From: Nitrospirales bacterium
Lineage (GTDB): Bacteria > Nitrospirota > Nitrospiria > Nitrospirales > UBA8639
NCBI GenBank assembly: GCA_965203295.1
Contig: CBDBCZ010000018.1
Coordinates: 416,001 to 480,000, forward strand
DNA: 64,000 nucleotides
Direction: 5' to 3'
The position numbers and the translations under genes are program-made. The notes below the pieces were generated by a model. It saw only the letters and a list, made by a program, of their open reading frames with translations. It searched no databases and was not told the DNA's origin. This document shows, piece by piece, positions 48,901-62,429 of the stretch. The first letter of the stretch is position 1. Each line of letters begins with the position of its first letter.

Positions 48901-50944
48901 TTGATGACAGGCAAAACAAATTCTTTGTTCATCTCCTTACATGTATGTACGACCCTACATACTAAGCTTCCATAATGTGTGCTGAACCTTCACAGATACA
49001 TTCTGATTAGCGCGCATTTGTGGAGGTTCAGCACACAACTATGGCAGTTGATTTTTGTGACAGGCAAAATAGACGCTATTTGCTCATCTCCATACTTTAG
49101 GTATGATGTTCATGCATACTAAGCCTTTGTAGAGGTATGCTGAACTTCCATACTTGCGTGCTGAACCTCTATAGGTGTAATTATCAGCTCACATTTAAGG
49201 AGGTTCAGCACGCATCTATGGAGGTTCAGCACACAACTATGGCAGTTCATTTGGTGTGACAGGCAAAACAAATTCTTTGTTCATCTCCATACACGTATGT
49301 ATGACCCTGCATACTAAGCTTCCATAATAATGTGTGCTGAACCTTCACAGATGCATTCTGATCAGCGCGCATCTGTGGAGGTTCAGCACACAACTATGGC
49401 AGTTAATTTTTGTGACAAGGCAAAATAGACGCTATTTGTTCATCTCTATACGTGTAGGTATGATGTTCATGCTTACTAAGCCTTTGTAGATGCATGCTAA
49501 ACTTCCATACTTGCGTGCTGAACCTCCGTAGGTGTAATCATCAGGTTCAGTACGCATCTATTGAGGTTCAGCACACAACTATGGTAGTTCATTTGGTGTG
49601 ACGCAAAACAGATGCTCTTTGTTCATCTCCATATACGTATGTACAACGTTAGTGCTAACTAAGCCTCCATAGATGCGTTCTGAACTTCCATACATGCGTG
49701 CTGAACCACCATAGATGAGTGATCATCAGCACACATCTATGAAGGTTCAGCACGCATCTATGGAGGCTCAGCACACAACTATGGCAGTTCATTTGATGAC
49801 AGGCAAAACAAATTCTTTGTTCATCTCCATACACGTATGTACGACCCTGCATACTAAGCTTCCATAATAATGTGTGCTGAACCTTCACAGATGCATTCTG
49901 ATCAGCGCGCATCTGTGGAGGTTCAGCACACAACTATGGCAGTTAATTTTTGTGACAAGGCAAAATAGACGCTATTTGTTCATCTCTATACGTGTAGGTA
50001 TGATGTTCATGCTTACTAAGCCTTTGTAGATGCATGCTAAACTTCCATACTCGCGTGCTGAACCTCCATAGGTGTAATCATCAGTACACATCTAAGGAGG
50101 TTCAGTACGCATCTATGGAGGTTCAGCACACAACTATGGTAGTTCATTTGGTGTGACGCAAAACAGATGCTCTTTGTTCATCTCCATATACGTATGTACG
50201 TTAGTGCTAACTAAGCCTCCATAGATGCGTTCTGAACTTCCATACATGCGTGCTGAACCGCCATAGATGAGTGATCATCAGCACACATCTATGAAGGTTC
50301 AGCACGCATCTATGGAGGCTCAGCACATAATTATGGCAGTTCATTTGATGACAGGCAAAACAAATTCTTTGTTCATCTCCATACACGTATGTACGACCCT
50401 GCATACTAAGCTTCCATAATAATGTGTGCTGAACCTTCACAGATGCATTCTGATCAGCGCGCATCTGTGGAGGTTCAGCACACAACTATGGCAGTTAATT
50501 TTTGTGACAAGGCAAAATAGACGCTATTTGTTCATCTCTATACGTGTAGGTATGATGTTCATGCTTACTAAGCCTTTGTAGATGCATGCTAAACCTCCAT
50601 ACTTGCGTGCTGAACCTCCATAGGTGTAATCATCAGTACACATCTATGGAGGTTCAGCACATATCTATGGCGGCTCAGCTCACAACAATGGCAGTTCATT
50701 TGGTGTGACAGGCAAAACAAATTCTTTGTTCATCTCCATTATATTACACGTATGTATGACCCTGCATACTAAGCTTCCATGTATGTGTGCTGAACCTTCA
50801 TAGATGCATGCTGATCAGAGCGCATCTGTGGAGGTTCAGTACACAACTATGGCAGTTTATTTTTATGTGACATAGGCAAAACTGATGCTATTTGTTCATC
50901 TCCATACACATATGTACAACATTCATGCATATAAACCTCCATAG

Positions 50945-52928
50945 TAGGCCAGAGCTAAATATTCTGGAATAAAAATAATTTAGAATAAAGGGTCAATTTT
51001 TAAATGTTGAATAATCGGTAAGAAAAACGAAAATTCGGATTGTACAGGCACATTTTTAACATCTACGTGTAACCAAAATTTTCTTGCTTTACGGTACAGG
51101 CTGTTTTACGATGTGGCATAAGCAAAGCCGATGCTCTTCGTTCATCTCCTTACATGTACGTAACTTGACTAGTTTCCCCGACATATTGTGTTCCACATTT
51201 CTTACAAGAAATCAAGTAGATAACATGCTTTGTCTCACAATTTATTGTATCGCTATTACTATTGACCTTGTATTGTTTACCCGTAACATTACTTGTAAAA
51301 CTGTCCCTTCCACAATATACTTACATGTTTTACATCTATTTTCCCAGATTTAGTTACTGTACAGCTATGTTTGGCCTGGGTATCATCCACCATGTCACTT
51401 TCCGATGAAACAGGCTTTGCGAACATCATTTCATTATCACAGGACCTTATCTTGCTAATTTTTTGGGTTATATCTTTCTTTAACTCTTTACCGACCGTTG
51501 AATTACGCATTACGTTATTTCCGTGACCATAAGAAATTAATCAGTTGCACGTGGCACAACGGTACATAGCGTCTGCTACTGTAACTGAAAACTAAGCCAG
51601 AATTGGACTGGATACTACACAGAATCGGAGAGAAGAGTCCCCGCGCTTCGTTTTGATGGCAGATTTGTTTGTTTTTGGTATACAGAAAGCCATGAACAGC
51701 AGCGGACAAAAAACGGAAGGTAAGCGTACAATAGCGATAGGCAGATAATTGAGCTGATACAATAAAAAATACTTGCCGTAGGAACTAGGTAGCTTTTAAC
51801 AATAATGTACGGGTTCATATAGGATGCCTGGGACTGAATAGCATGTACTTTCGTCGCTCTTGGGGCTTGTTTTTGCTGTAGACACACCCCCCCGGTTGTG
51901 AGAATCGATCACCGTGTTGCCATAGAATAGGCACGGTGTTGTGCATTCTCACGGGTCTGTACCAGCATTGCAGGCACTGTATGTTGTTGTGCAGGCTTCT
52001 CATATATGTCTCTTCCTCTGTAGGCTTTTCCACCTCCCAGATGTACCAGTATCTGTCGGAATGTAACACAATTTTATAGCGATAGCCAATATCAATTTGT
52101 TTTACCGGCACTTACCCCAGGATACAGCTCACTGAGACAGCCAGAGTGGATGTCCATGCCATTGCCAGATCCACCGACGGGTTCTAGAAACTAGTTGGTG
52201 GTTTGCAGAATTGCTAGCAATACTTTGAAGCCTAGAATATCAACCGCTTCTTGTGTGTTTACTAACCAGCTGTTGTTCATTGTACAGTATCTCGCGACTT
52301 GCAGAGGAAGCCCCTGTAAAATTACACCAAAATGAAAGGATTAATTCATTATGACATCGTCAAACCGTTTGGGACTCTCCCTTGCATGCCGTTTCGCCGC
52401 TAGAGCTCGATCGTTCTTCATGACGGCATATGCCGTCATTGGTCGTTTGACGCACATTGCGTCATGACGGCAAACGCCGTCATTGGTCGGTAAAGAGTTA
52501 AAGGACTAGGGTATGAGTCCATCATAAAATGTCGCCGCTATCATAAAATGCATGAAATAAAGAGTGAGTACCAACACAAGAAACGTTGGGGCAATAAAGC
52601 CACCAAGCACAGGACTGAAAGCTGAGTAAACACATGAAAACTAGAAGGGCATCTCTATCCAAACTCAATGCACTCATTGCAGTAGCACGTACAACACGTA
52701 AAAGTAAAGGGGGCGAAAATGTTAAAAAGGGTTATGTAAACATACGATGAATGTGTGTGTAAGGTATTGCATCAAAATATTCATTAGCACCAGCAAAAAC
52801 TTCCTTCAAGTTGAATAACAGGCCATATTCAATTGATTAATTGAGTAGGGTCACTGAATAATAGGGAAAAAGCAAGAACAAAGAATTTAAATAATAGGCA
52901 ATTTGAATGAATAATCAGCTCAGGCCTA
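50945..52928. mobile_element. hAT-like non-autonomous element inserted in the satellite
   Basis: TIRs TAGGCCAGAGCTAAATATTC / TAGGCCTGAGCTGATTATTC; imperfect 8-bp TSD CTCCATAG / CTCTATGG matching the satellite target. Confidence 0.65.
51484..52497. mobile_element. piggyBac-type non-autonomous element, family C, nested in the hAT-like element
   Basis: TTAA at 51480-51483 and 52498-52501; perfect 13-bp TIR CTCTTTACCGACC; subterminal palindromes ATGACGGCATATGCCGTCAT. Confidence 0.9.
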
Positions 52929-53884
52929 CTCTATGGATGCGTGCTCAATTTCCATACTTGCGTGCTGAACTTCCATAGATGTGTGATCATCAGCACGCAT
53001 CTATGGAGGTTCAGCATGCACCTATGGAGGAGGTTCCGCACACAACTATGGCAGTTCATTTGATGTGACAAGCAAAACAGATGCTCTTTGTTCATCTCCA
53101 TACATGTATGTACAACGTTCATGCATACTAAGCCTCCATAGATGTGTGCTGAACTTCCATACTTGCGTGCTGAACTTCTATAGATGTATGATCATCAGCA
53201 TGCATCTATGGAGGTTCAGCATGCATCTATTGAGGAGGTTCAGCACACAACTATGGCAGTTCATTTTTATGTGACGGGCAAAACTGAGGCTCTTTGTTCA
53301 TCTCCATACACATACCGTAGAATACGTATCAAGCACCCATGGGATCGAGAACCTTGGAATGCCGCGGAAGAGGGGGGTGGGCGCTTACTATGTATTCGTC
53401 CGCAAACGGCATGTAGTATCTACCCACCACCCAGGAAGTGAGGAATCTTCACCATAACATATTTTCCACCATACTATCATACCATTCAGGTGAAGTAAAC
53501 TTATAACTAAAACGCAAGGAGTGAACTCGAGCAATAAAATTCGAACAGCTCCGGCCTACTTCATAGATGTGTGCTCAATTTCCATACTTGCGTGCTGAAC
53601 TTCCATAGATGTGTGATCATCAGCACGCATCTATGGAGGTTCAACATGCATCTATAAAGGAGGTTCCGCACACAACTATGGCAGTTCATTTGATGTGACA
53701 TAGGCAAAACAGATGCTTTGTTCATTTCCATAATATACTATGTACAACGTTCAAATCAGCACGTATCTATGAAGGTTTAGCGCACACTAGGGCAGTTCAT
53801 TTTTATGTGACAGGCAAAACAGATGCTTTGTTCATCTCATACACGTATGTACAACGTTCATGCATACTAAGCTTCCATACATAT

Positions 53885-54150
53885 ACCAGGTACTGGCTGA
53901 ACTTTCAACTTTCAGAGTCTGGCAAGAGCAATCAGTTTTATTTGTAGGTTTATATATACCTCCACCTATAGCATTACTCTTGGCAAATAAACATCACTAT
54001 AACAGCTACACAGATTGTTTCTTTGATGGAGTCAAGGCACGTGCCACACCCTAGCCCAGACTTTGTGTTTAGCACGTGTTAAAAACAGTATAGTCTTGTC
54101 TTTATCCGCTTTGTACATGCACAGCAAAGTCTTTTGACCCTTTCCTGTGA
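53885..54150. repeat. Dispersed ~265-bp repeat (also ~55220-55505 and ~57712-57985)
   Basis: Shared 'ggctgaacttt..agagtctggcaagag.aatcagttttatttgtagg..gatggagtcaaggcacgt.ccacaccctagcccagactttg..tgaag'. Confidence 0.85.
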
Positions 54151-54357
54151 AGCTTAGTATGCATGGTCATATACATACGTGTATGGAGATGAACAAAAAG
54201 AATCTGTTTTACCTGTCACATCATCAGCACACATCTATGGAGGTTCAGCACACATCTATGGAGGTTCAGTGCACATCTATGGAGATTCAGCACACAACTA
54301 TGGCAGTTCATTTTATGTGACAGGCAAACAGAGGCTCTTTGTTCATCTCCACACACA

Positions 54358-54838
54358 CCACAGAGTACGTATCAAGCACCCATGGGATCAAGAACCTTGG
54401 AATGCCGCAGAGAGGGTGGGCACTTACTATGTATCTGCCCGCAAACGGCATGATTGTAGTATCTGCCACCACCCTGGAAGCGAGGAATCTTCACATAATA
54501 TCATACCATCCAAGTGAAGTAAACTTATAACTAAAGCGCATTGAGCGAACTTAAACAGTAAAATTCGATCTTTAGTGTGCTTTTGTTGGAATACCGGACT
54601 AGCTACATTGTATATTTCACAGTTATCTGCGCACTTTTATAGCTATTCTAATACATAAGCTTCAATAGTTGTCTAATTAAAGAGGACTATACTACCTTTT
54701 CCTCATTTTGCATTGTGCATTTGCAAAGTGTTTAAGTGGGCAGATACTACGCGAATAAATGTAGTCCTTGCTGAAAGTTGACGCTGAAGAGGGGGTGGGC
54801 ACTTAATACATGATGGGCACTTGATATGTACTCTACGG
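54358..54838. mobile_element. pogo-type MITE in the satellite (truncated second copy at 53315-~53545)
   Basis: TIRs CC(A/G)(C/T)AGAGTACGTATCAAGCACCCAT / ATGGGCACTTGATATGTACTCTACGG-TA; satellite monomer resumes after it. Confidence 0.75.
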
Positions 54839-57800
54839 TATGTACAATGTTCATGCATGCTAAGCCTCCATAGATGTGTGCTGAACTTCCATACTTGCGT
54901 GCTGAACCTCCATAGAAGTGTGATCCATCAGCATGCATCTATGGATGTTCAGCACGCATCTATGGAGGAGGTTCAGCACAACTATGGTAGGTCATTTTTA
55001 TGATGTAACACAGCAGAATAGATTCTCTTTGTTCATCTCCATACACGTATGTACGACCCTGCATACTAAGTTTTACAGATACGTGCTGAACCTCCTCAGA
55101 TGTGTGCTAATCAGCACGTATCTATGAAGATTTAGCGCACACTATGGCAGTTCATTTTTATGTGACAGGCAAAACAGATGCTTTGTTCATCTCATACACG
55201 TATGTACAATGTTCATGCATACTAAGCTTCCATACATATACCAGGTACTGGCTGAACTTTCAACTTTCAGAGTCTGGCAAGAGTAATCAGTTTTATTTGT
55301 AGGTTTATATATACCTCCACCTATAGCATTACTTTTGGCAAATAAACATCACTATAACGGCTACACAGATTGTTTCTTTGATGGAGTCAAGGCACGTGCC
55401 ACACCCTAGCCCAGACTTTGTGTTTAGCACGTGTTAAAAACAGTAGTCTTGTCTTTATCCGCTTTGTACATGCACAGCAAAGTCTTTTGACCCTTTGCTG
55501 TGAAGCTTAGTATGCATGGTCATATACATACGTGTATGGAGATGAACAAAAAGAATCTGTTTTACCTGTCACATCATCAGCACACATCTATGGAGGGTCA
55601 GCACGCATCTAGGGAAGTTCAGCACACATCTATGGAGGTTCAGTGCACATCTATGGAGATTTAGCACACAACTATGGCAGTTCACTTTTATGATGTGCAT
55701 AGGCACACTATGTGTAATGTTCATGCATACTAAGCCTCCATATTAAACCTCCATAGATGTGTGCTGAACTGCCATACTTGCGTGCTGACCCTCCATAGAT
55801 GTGTGCTGATGATGTGACAGGTAAAACAGATTCTTTTTGTTCATCTCCATACACGTATGTGTGGCACGTGCCTTGACTCCATCAAAGAAACAATCTGTGT
55901 GTGTGCGTGCTGAACCTCCATAGATGTGTACTCATCAGCATGCATCTATGGAGGTTCAGCACACAACTATGGCAGTTCATTTGATGTGACATAGGCAAAA
56001 CAGATTCTCTTTGTTCATCTCAATACATGTACGTATGTACGACTATGCATGCTGAACCTCCATTGATGCGTGCTGATCAGCGCGCATGTATGGAGGTTCA
56101 GCATACAACTATGGTAGTTCACTTTAATGTAACATAGGTAAAACAGATGCTCTTAATCTCTATACACGTATGTACGATGTTCATGCATACTATGCTTCCA
56201 TAGATGCGTGCTGATCAGCACACATCTACCGAGGTTCAGCAAGCACCCATGGCAGTTCAGAATGCAAATATGGAGGTTCAGCACACTACTATGGCAGTTC
56301 ATTTTTAACTTATTGCGCATGGGAAGCCACTTAAGTTGCTCGTATTCAATAATTTTTTGCGTGTAGCCTATGTGGAAGGCCACCAAAGTGGCACTTTCCT
56401 TAGTGGAGAACCTTCTATTATTAGAAACAGGCTGTATTTACAAGTCGATATACATAGCCTAAATTCTGGAAGTCATTTCGAGCAACTAACGCACGGGTAC
56501 CAGCCAGATCATCAATACACGGTACATAGTCCACAGATATAAAAGTGTTTTCTTGTAGCGCTGAATAGTTTAGGCCTTGAGCAAGCCGCAGAGGAGTGGT
56601 CTGATTACTGATTAGAAAAAGTACCAGACATTTTAAAATATATACACTGCCAATCAATAATACTGAATAAAGTAAAAAGCCCAAGATGGTCGGTTTTAGC
56701 TGAGAGGGTCACATGTAGATGCCTGCAATATAATAAACCTATGCGAAGCGCTCATTTACAGGCTTACATACGTGTTTACGCTTATATTAGCCTTTGGCAT
56801 AGGGAAATCCCCTCCTATGGTCATACACTTGTTTGACCATACCTCTGTGATGTAACTGCCAAACACTACACTCATACCCTTAGTACACTAAATTGACAAT
56901 TATGATGTGTAGATAGATCGCATGAGTGACATTACAATCGCATGCAATGAGTTAAACCACTGCATTGAGTCCACTATTGAGCCCACTATGAATAGTCAGG
57001 TTCTTTCACTTTATATACTGTATAATATTGTTCAATGTCTTCAAGGCTATCGACAGAGAGGTCCTTCTATGCATGGCGCAAGGGGATTGACTACAGTGTA
57101 GTAGTCTCCTTCAGGGCATGGCAATACAATGCAGAGACACAGCTTCAAATGCCAAAGCACAGAAAAGCACAGATAGAAGCAAAGTGGTATTTATTCCAAT
57201 GGATCTAAATAGTGCTTCCGCTTTAAGTTGCTGTCCTTGAGTGGAGTAGCCCAAGTTTGTTGTCCAGTCGGAGATCACTAATCCTCTGTCTCTGTTAATA
57301 TTTGAGTGGGATTTCCATCAAATTCTAGCCCTAGCATTAACCTTTAACGTAATGCCATACTGTAAGGGTCAAAGTCTTGATCAGCCAACTTACCAGAAAT
57401 TGACAAAATAGCACTGGTAGGAGCACATTACCAGGAATTGACAAAATAGCACTGGTAGAAGCACATAATGTCATAGAAAAACCAAAGAGAGTATAGGTGC
57501 TAGAAGCTTCAACCTGAGAGATCCCACAGCAGCTCTGTTACTATTTTGGGCATACACATGCTACAGTCTGCTAGCTTGTGGGTGGCTTGAAACAAGTTAC
57601 AGCCTTCTAGTAAAGTGACACTATACCCTACAATGATCAGCGATTCCAACAAGGTTGCCTACAACTCTTAAGACATCAAACCCAACGGTGATTACTGCCA
57701 TGTTTGACTAAACAGGTGCTGGCTGAACTTTCCACCCTTAGAGTCTGGCAAGAGTAATCAGTTTTATTTGTAGGTTTATATTATACCTCCACCTATAGCA

Positions 57801-60800
57801 TTACTCTTGGCAAATAAACATCACTAACGGCTACGCAGGTTGTTTCTTTGATGGAGTCAAGGCACGTACCACACCCTAGCCCAGACTTTGTGTTTAGCAT
57901 GTGTTAAACAAATATAGCCCGAAAAACAGTAGTCTTGTCTTTATCCGCTTTGTACAGCAAAGTCTTTTCGCCCTTTGCCGTGAAGACGGGCCAGTACTAG
58001 CTAATACATGGCTCTTTGCGTGGGTACGTTGCTACAATTTTCGAATTAGGGACGTCTACCTGATGTCTACCCTGCAGTTGCGCACGTGATAAAATCGACC
58101 AGGCCCCTCCCCTCCCAACAATGGTGTGTGAATAGCAAGCATCCACTCAAGAGTGCTCGTTATCACTGCTGCACTAATTCGAGTTCTTTGAAAACGCTAT
58201 GCCAAAAAGGCACTACCCGAGGGTAAATCATGCCCGTTCGTGTTGAAATCTTTCTAATTGCTATCACCTGTTATTGTGCTAGTCTGGATGAAAGAAGAGT
58301 TTGGTACTTCAGAAATATTCTTTAGCAGTGCTGACAGTCTGGTTTGTGATGACAACGCTTGAGAACAACTGGTAGGGCTCATATTAGCCCTAGACTACAC
58401 CTACAGCAGAGTTCTGAACATTTCATTTTATACACATTTAATGGAGACACCATTTTTTTAGGTGCCATCTCTACATATAGAGTACTGCCGTACTCCATGA
58501 TTAGGTTGTATCCACGCACAGTTTGTATCTGAGTTGTGTGATTAATCAAAGGTGATGTCACTTCTCCCATGAAAACTAGAAGAGCATCTCTATAATCCAA
58601 ATTCAATGCACTCCTTGAGTAGCACGTAGTTATAATACAACAAACATGGAAAAATACAATCTGTTAAAAAAGGGGCAAAAGGGTTTAAAGGGGGCTTGAA
58701 AAGGTTAACTTAATTAAAAAACTTCAAAAGGGAATGTGTTTGTATCACTGTATACATGCCACACAAAATAGATTAAGGGATCTAACCATAAACAACGGTA
58801 GCTTGAGTTACTACCTCAGTGCAGGTGGCTCTGTTTCTGTCCGTCAGCTTGCCAGCTTGATTCCTTCCCTACAGGTGCAGTGCCTGAGCAAGCCCTACCG
58901 GTGGAAAGAATCTCAAGTATGAATTTCAAATAGGTAATACATTTGTCTCATGCACGTGTCTCCCTTTCACACCCACGTGGGGCCGAGGACATCCCCTGTC
59001 AGCCAACCCCTATTTACACGCATTCCCTATAATAGTGTGGGGGACATGCACGTGTTCATCCTCCCCCTCCCCTGCCCACAGCTAAGCCTTATCTGCAGTC
59101 CTCATTGCTTTTTATTGTAAAATGGATGCATAAACAGATGCAAGCATAATTACTAATTACATATAATACTGCTGTAATTTTGTTTTCTTTTCCACAGATG
59201 GAGTGATATAAAGTGCTGAACTAAGGTTGTATTGTACATGCATGTGAAGGTCATATTTGTTTATTTTATTGATTAAGTCATCAGATCCACTTTGTCATTC
59301 AAGGATTGAAAATTGGGCTTGTACCAGAATTATTTACGACCCTGTGTCTTTAATGAATCACTAGCTATCATATAAATTTTAGCCGCAAACTCCCGGGACA
59401 TTGGAAACTGATTCTGGGCCAGAGTGTTCACACTAATTTCCTGAATAACATTAGGAAATTTGGAATACACAGATCATACCTTTATCTCTGCTCTTAGGAA
59501 TCATATTTTGCTCCACTTGTCATGATTGGTAGCCTGCAGGTAATATCATCAATCAATACTTTAACGTTAGTTCTGTCCGTGTGTCTGTGCGTGCGTGCGT
59601 GAGTGTGTAACGGATGTGACGTCACTAATGAACCTCGATTGCGCGAGAAGGTCGTGGCGTCATTACACCGTACTCGCGCACTTTGGCCGCTCCATGTGTT
59701 GAAATCATGGGACATGTGAGACGCTCTGACAACCGACGGGATCATGACGGCCTCAAATGAGCACTTCGAGGGCACTCTATCACAAAGGTTAGTAGCTAGA
59801 TAGTCATGTAAGCATGCACAACTGTAGTAATCTGCTTAGTACGCTAGACAAACAAGGACAATGTGCATTAAATGGAGTCAGTGCCATTCGCCTGCATTCC
59901 TGTACATGTAGGCTATGGCTGTGAAGAGCTAGGCTTCGGTCCTAGCTTACCTGTTTTGTTTTGTAGTTCTTTGCAGTCTTTACTTAGAGTTTAGTTCTTT
60001 GCAGTCTTTACTTAGAGTTTACCACTGCCTCCACATGGCTCAGGCATAGGTTATATACGTACATTATCTCAATGTAGAGCTCTGTCAGGAACATGTCAGC
60101 TACACTATAGTCTACTGTCACATGGTAGATGCTCAACAAAGTGCTTTGGCTGTTGAAAGAACATGGTGTGCACACATGCTATGCACTTTTCCCACTGTGA
60201 TGGTCAATTTTCACCACAAAAGAAGTCAGCAGCACTACTGTCATTGGCTGATGCTAAATGTTCCATAATCACATCACATCGCATAGAAGTAGCACTTTTC
60301 ATTTCTATCCGTAGACAGAGCGAGCGAGTTCAAAAAGCGCAACTGCTTGTATATATTACATGTACATGATTATACAGTATATTATAGCTTTGCAAATTGT
60401 TGTTTGTAGCACATCCCTAGACTAATTAGTATGGTACTTGCCTTCAAAGTCTGCATTGTTTGTAGCTATATACCCGTTTTTGCTGAATTTGAGCCTTGTA
60501 CCAAAGGCCGTGATGCAAACTGGAGGGCTTTGCATTTTTTTACGTAGCTACTCTTGTGATTGTAGTCACTCGTAAAAAGTGAGATATTTTCCTAATAATA
60601 AGAGTAGAATCACACAAAACATCAAAAGCAGCTGCTTTACAACTGTCAACCTCATCCTGGGGAATATGAGTATTGCCCTGCTGACATAGCAAGCATTGCT
60701 TGAATATTCTAGAGTCAGCGCCCCTGACAGGATGGCTTTCTGAGCTACAAGTCTAATTATTAGTAGTTGTCCCAATGTACTCTCACAATCGCCCTCAGAA

Positions 60801-61149
60801 GTCTTCTTTATAGACTAAGCGATTGGAAATCAACATTATCTCATGCATCTCACTGCAGGCTGTTGCAATGCAGACATAGCAGAGCGTTCAGACTTTAGTA
60901 ATTATTATTATTGTGTTAAGAACTAACCGCACTCCCAAGTGTAAAGACTTCGAGTGAACAGAGATGCGAGTGAGCATTGATACGGGTGAACGGAGAAACA
61001 CGTGTATATTACTACATTCTTAGGGGGATGCAAACCACGTACATATTACACTTGTGCTACCCAAATTTTTTCTCTAGGTTCTGATGGCTATGTAACTGCA
61101 GCTACGTTCAACGTACTACATATATACAGCCATTACCATATTATTTTAT

Positions 61150-61725
61150 GTTAGCCATGTTCCCAAGTTTCCCTGCACAGTTCTTGTGCATGCAAGGGGA
61201 AGGCCTGAGGATGTATATTCTCCAGTGCATGAGACATAGCGGCTATGGATGCAGGAAGGCTGATTCTCTTGCTCTACCATCCGTATACAGCCATCTCAGC
61301 AATTTGAAGGCACCAATATTTCGATGGCTACACTAAGACAGAGAAGTATGCTGTATGCAGCGAGAGTGAGATTCTTTTTAAGTGTAGGGGGCAGTACATT
61401 GGTGGTAGCAAACTCTTAAACAGAAGGAATACGCTGGATATAAAGAGGAGCGATATTCACTGCTATCTTTTTCTATTTCACATTGCATCATGGGACCAAG
61501 AATGATGGTGGCCTTCTCGTGAGACGGATGCCAGTGCAACAACAGGACGGGGTGATAGACTATGATCTCTTCAATTGCATACCATGCCTCTCATGGAAAC
61601 AGCGTAGCTGCATTAAAGCTAGACCAACAGCAGCTGAGACAACAGTTATCTGCTTTGCAAAGCAGCAACCACAAGCAAGAGATAGCACGACTTGTGAAAA
61701 AGTATTCAAAGCTTTTATCTATAGC
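61150..61725 (+). pseudogene. Degraded Ulp1/C48-like cysteine peptidase fragment
   Basis: Across frames: V.G.VHW/VVA, VRRMPVQQQDGVID(Y)DLF / SIAYHASHG..KLDQQQLRQ. Resembles the HW..QQ.G..DCGLFAIA..DQ..MR pattern; the catalytic Cys position reads Tyr. Confidence 0.45.
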
Positions 61726-62267
61726 TGGTAGACTAACATGTATTACTCTGTAGTGGTGAGCAATACTATGACACTATATTACTGTAGGCTATAGCTATTG
61801 CACAGCAACACCCAAGCTAGCCACAAGGGGCACCGTTGAAACGTCACTGAGAGTCCTGACCCTATTTAATGCACATCCGGTCAGGGCTAGGCTTGTCTAG
61901 TAGTTAGTTTTATTCATTTATCTACACTTACAGGACTACATACCATTGAATTCGCGCTTGAGACTATCCATTGGCCAAGAGCTAAGCAGTAGTAGCCGTG
62001 CAACCAGTTCCATGCATGAGTTCCATTCGCTCGCCAATTACCACGCGCACGCGCTATAATTATACGCGTAGTCTTACTCGCATAATTTTCATTGCGAGAT
62101 AGTTAGCGTCAAAATGGCTGCCACTCGAAAGGCGGTAGAAGAATTCTCACCGATATCTCAGCAACGAAGAGAGTGCGGAACTTTTCCATTGTTAGTTTTC
62201 CTAGAAATGATCCATATATCACTAAAAGAAGGTTTGTTAATCTGTAGAGGCCACGAGTGTCGCTGTG

Positions 62268-62307
<40 letters not shown>

Positions 62308-62429
62308 CCTCAAATATCTTTACACTTGGGAGTGTATCATAAACATCAGCCCAGTGAAGTGTTTCAAGTGGTTGCTAAAATAACTCAAGGTGAAAGGACA
62401 CAATTCTTTCCAATGAGTAACTCATGCAT

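Larger units (their letters stand above)
43690..56310. repeat. Satellite array of ~155-200-bp palindromic monomers with higher-order repeats, interrupted by insertions
   Basis: Monomer = 'gtgacaggcaaaacagatgctctttgttcatctccatacacgtatgtacaacgttcatgcatactaag' + (ctccatagatgtgtgctgaa)-type 21-mers + TGATCA + reverse-complement 21-mers + 'caactatggcagttcattt'. Cleanest at ~45975-50944. Confidence 0.95.

Noticed and set aside
51615..52111. Transposase remnant inside the family C piggyBac element
   Set aside because: Cys-containing ORFs, but no clear piggyBac DDD or C-terminal Cys-rich motif.
43690..56310. CRISPR-like array, or His/Cys/Met-rich repeat proteins in the many ORFs
   Set aside because: No unique spacers and no cas genes. 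The ORFs are short, occur on both strands and in all frames, and arise from 21-nt periodicity.
56846..56860. 15-bp match (TGTGATGTAACTGCC) to the start of the gypsy LTR at 7661
   Set aside because: Homology does not visibly extend; no LTR end or TSD established.
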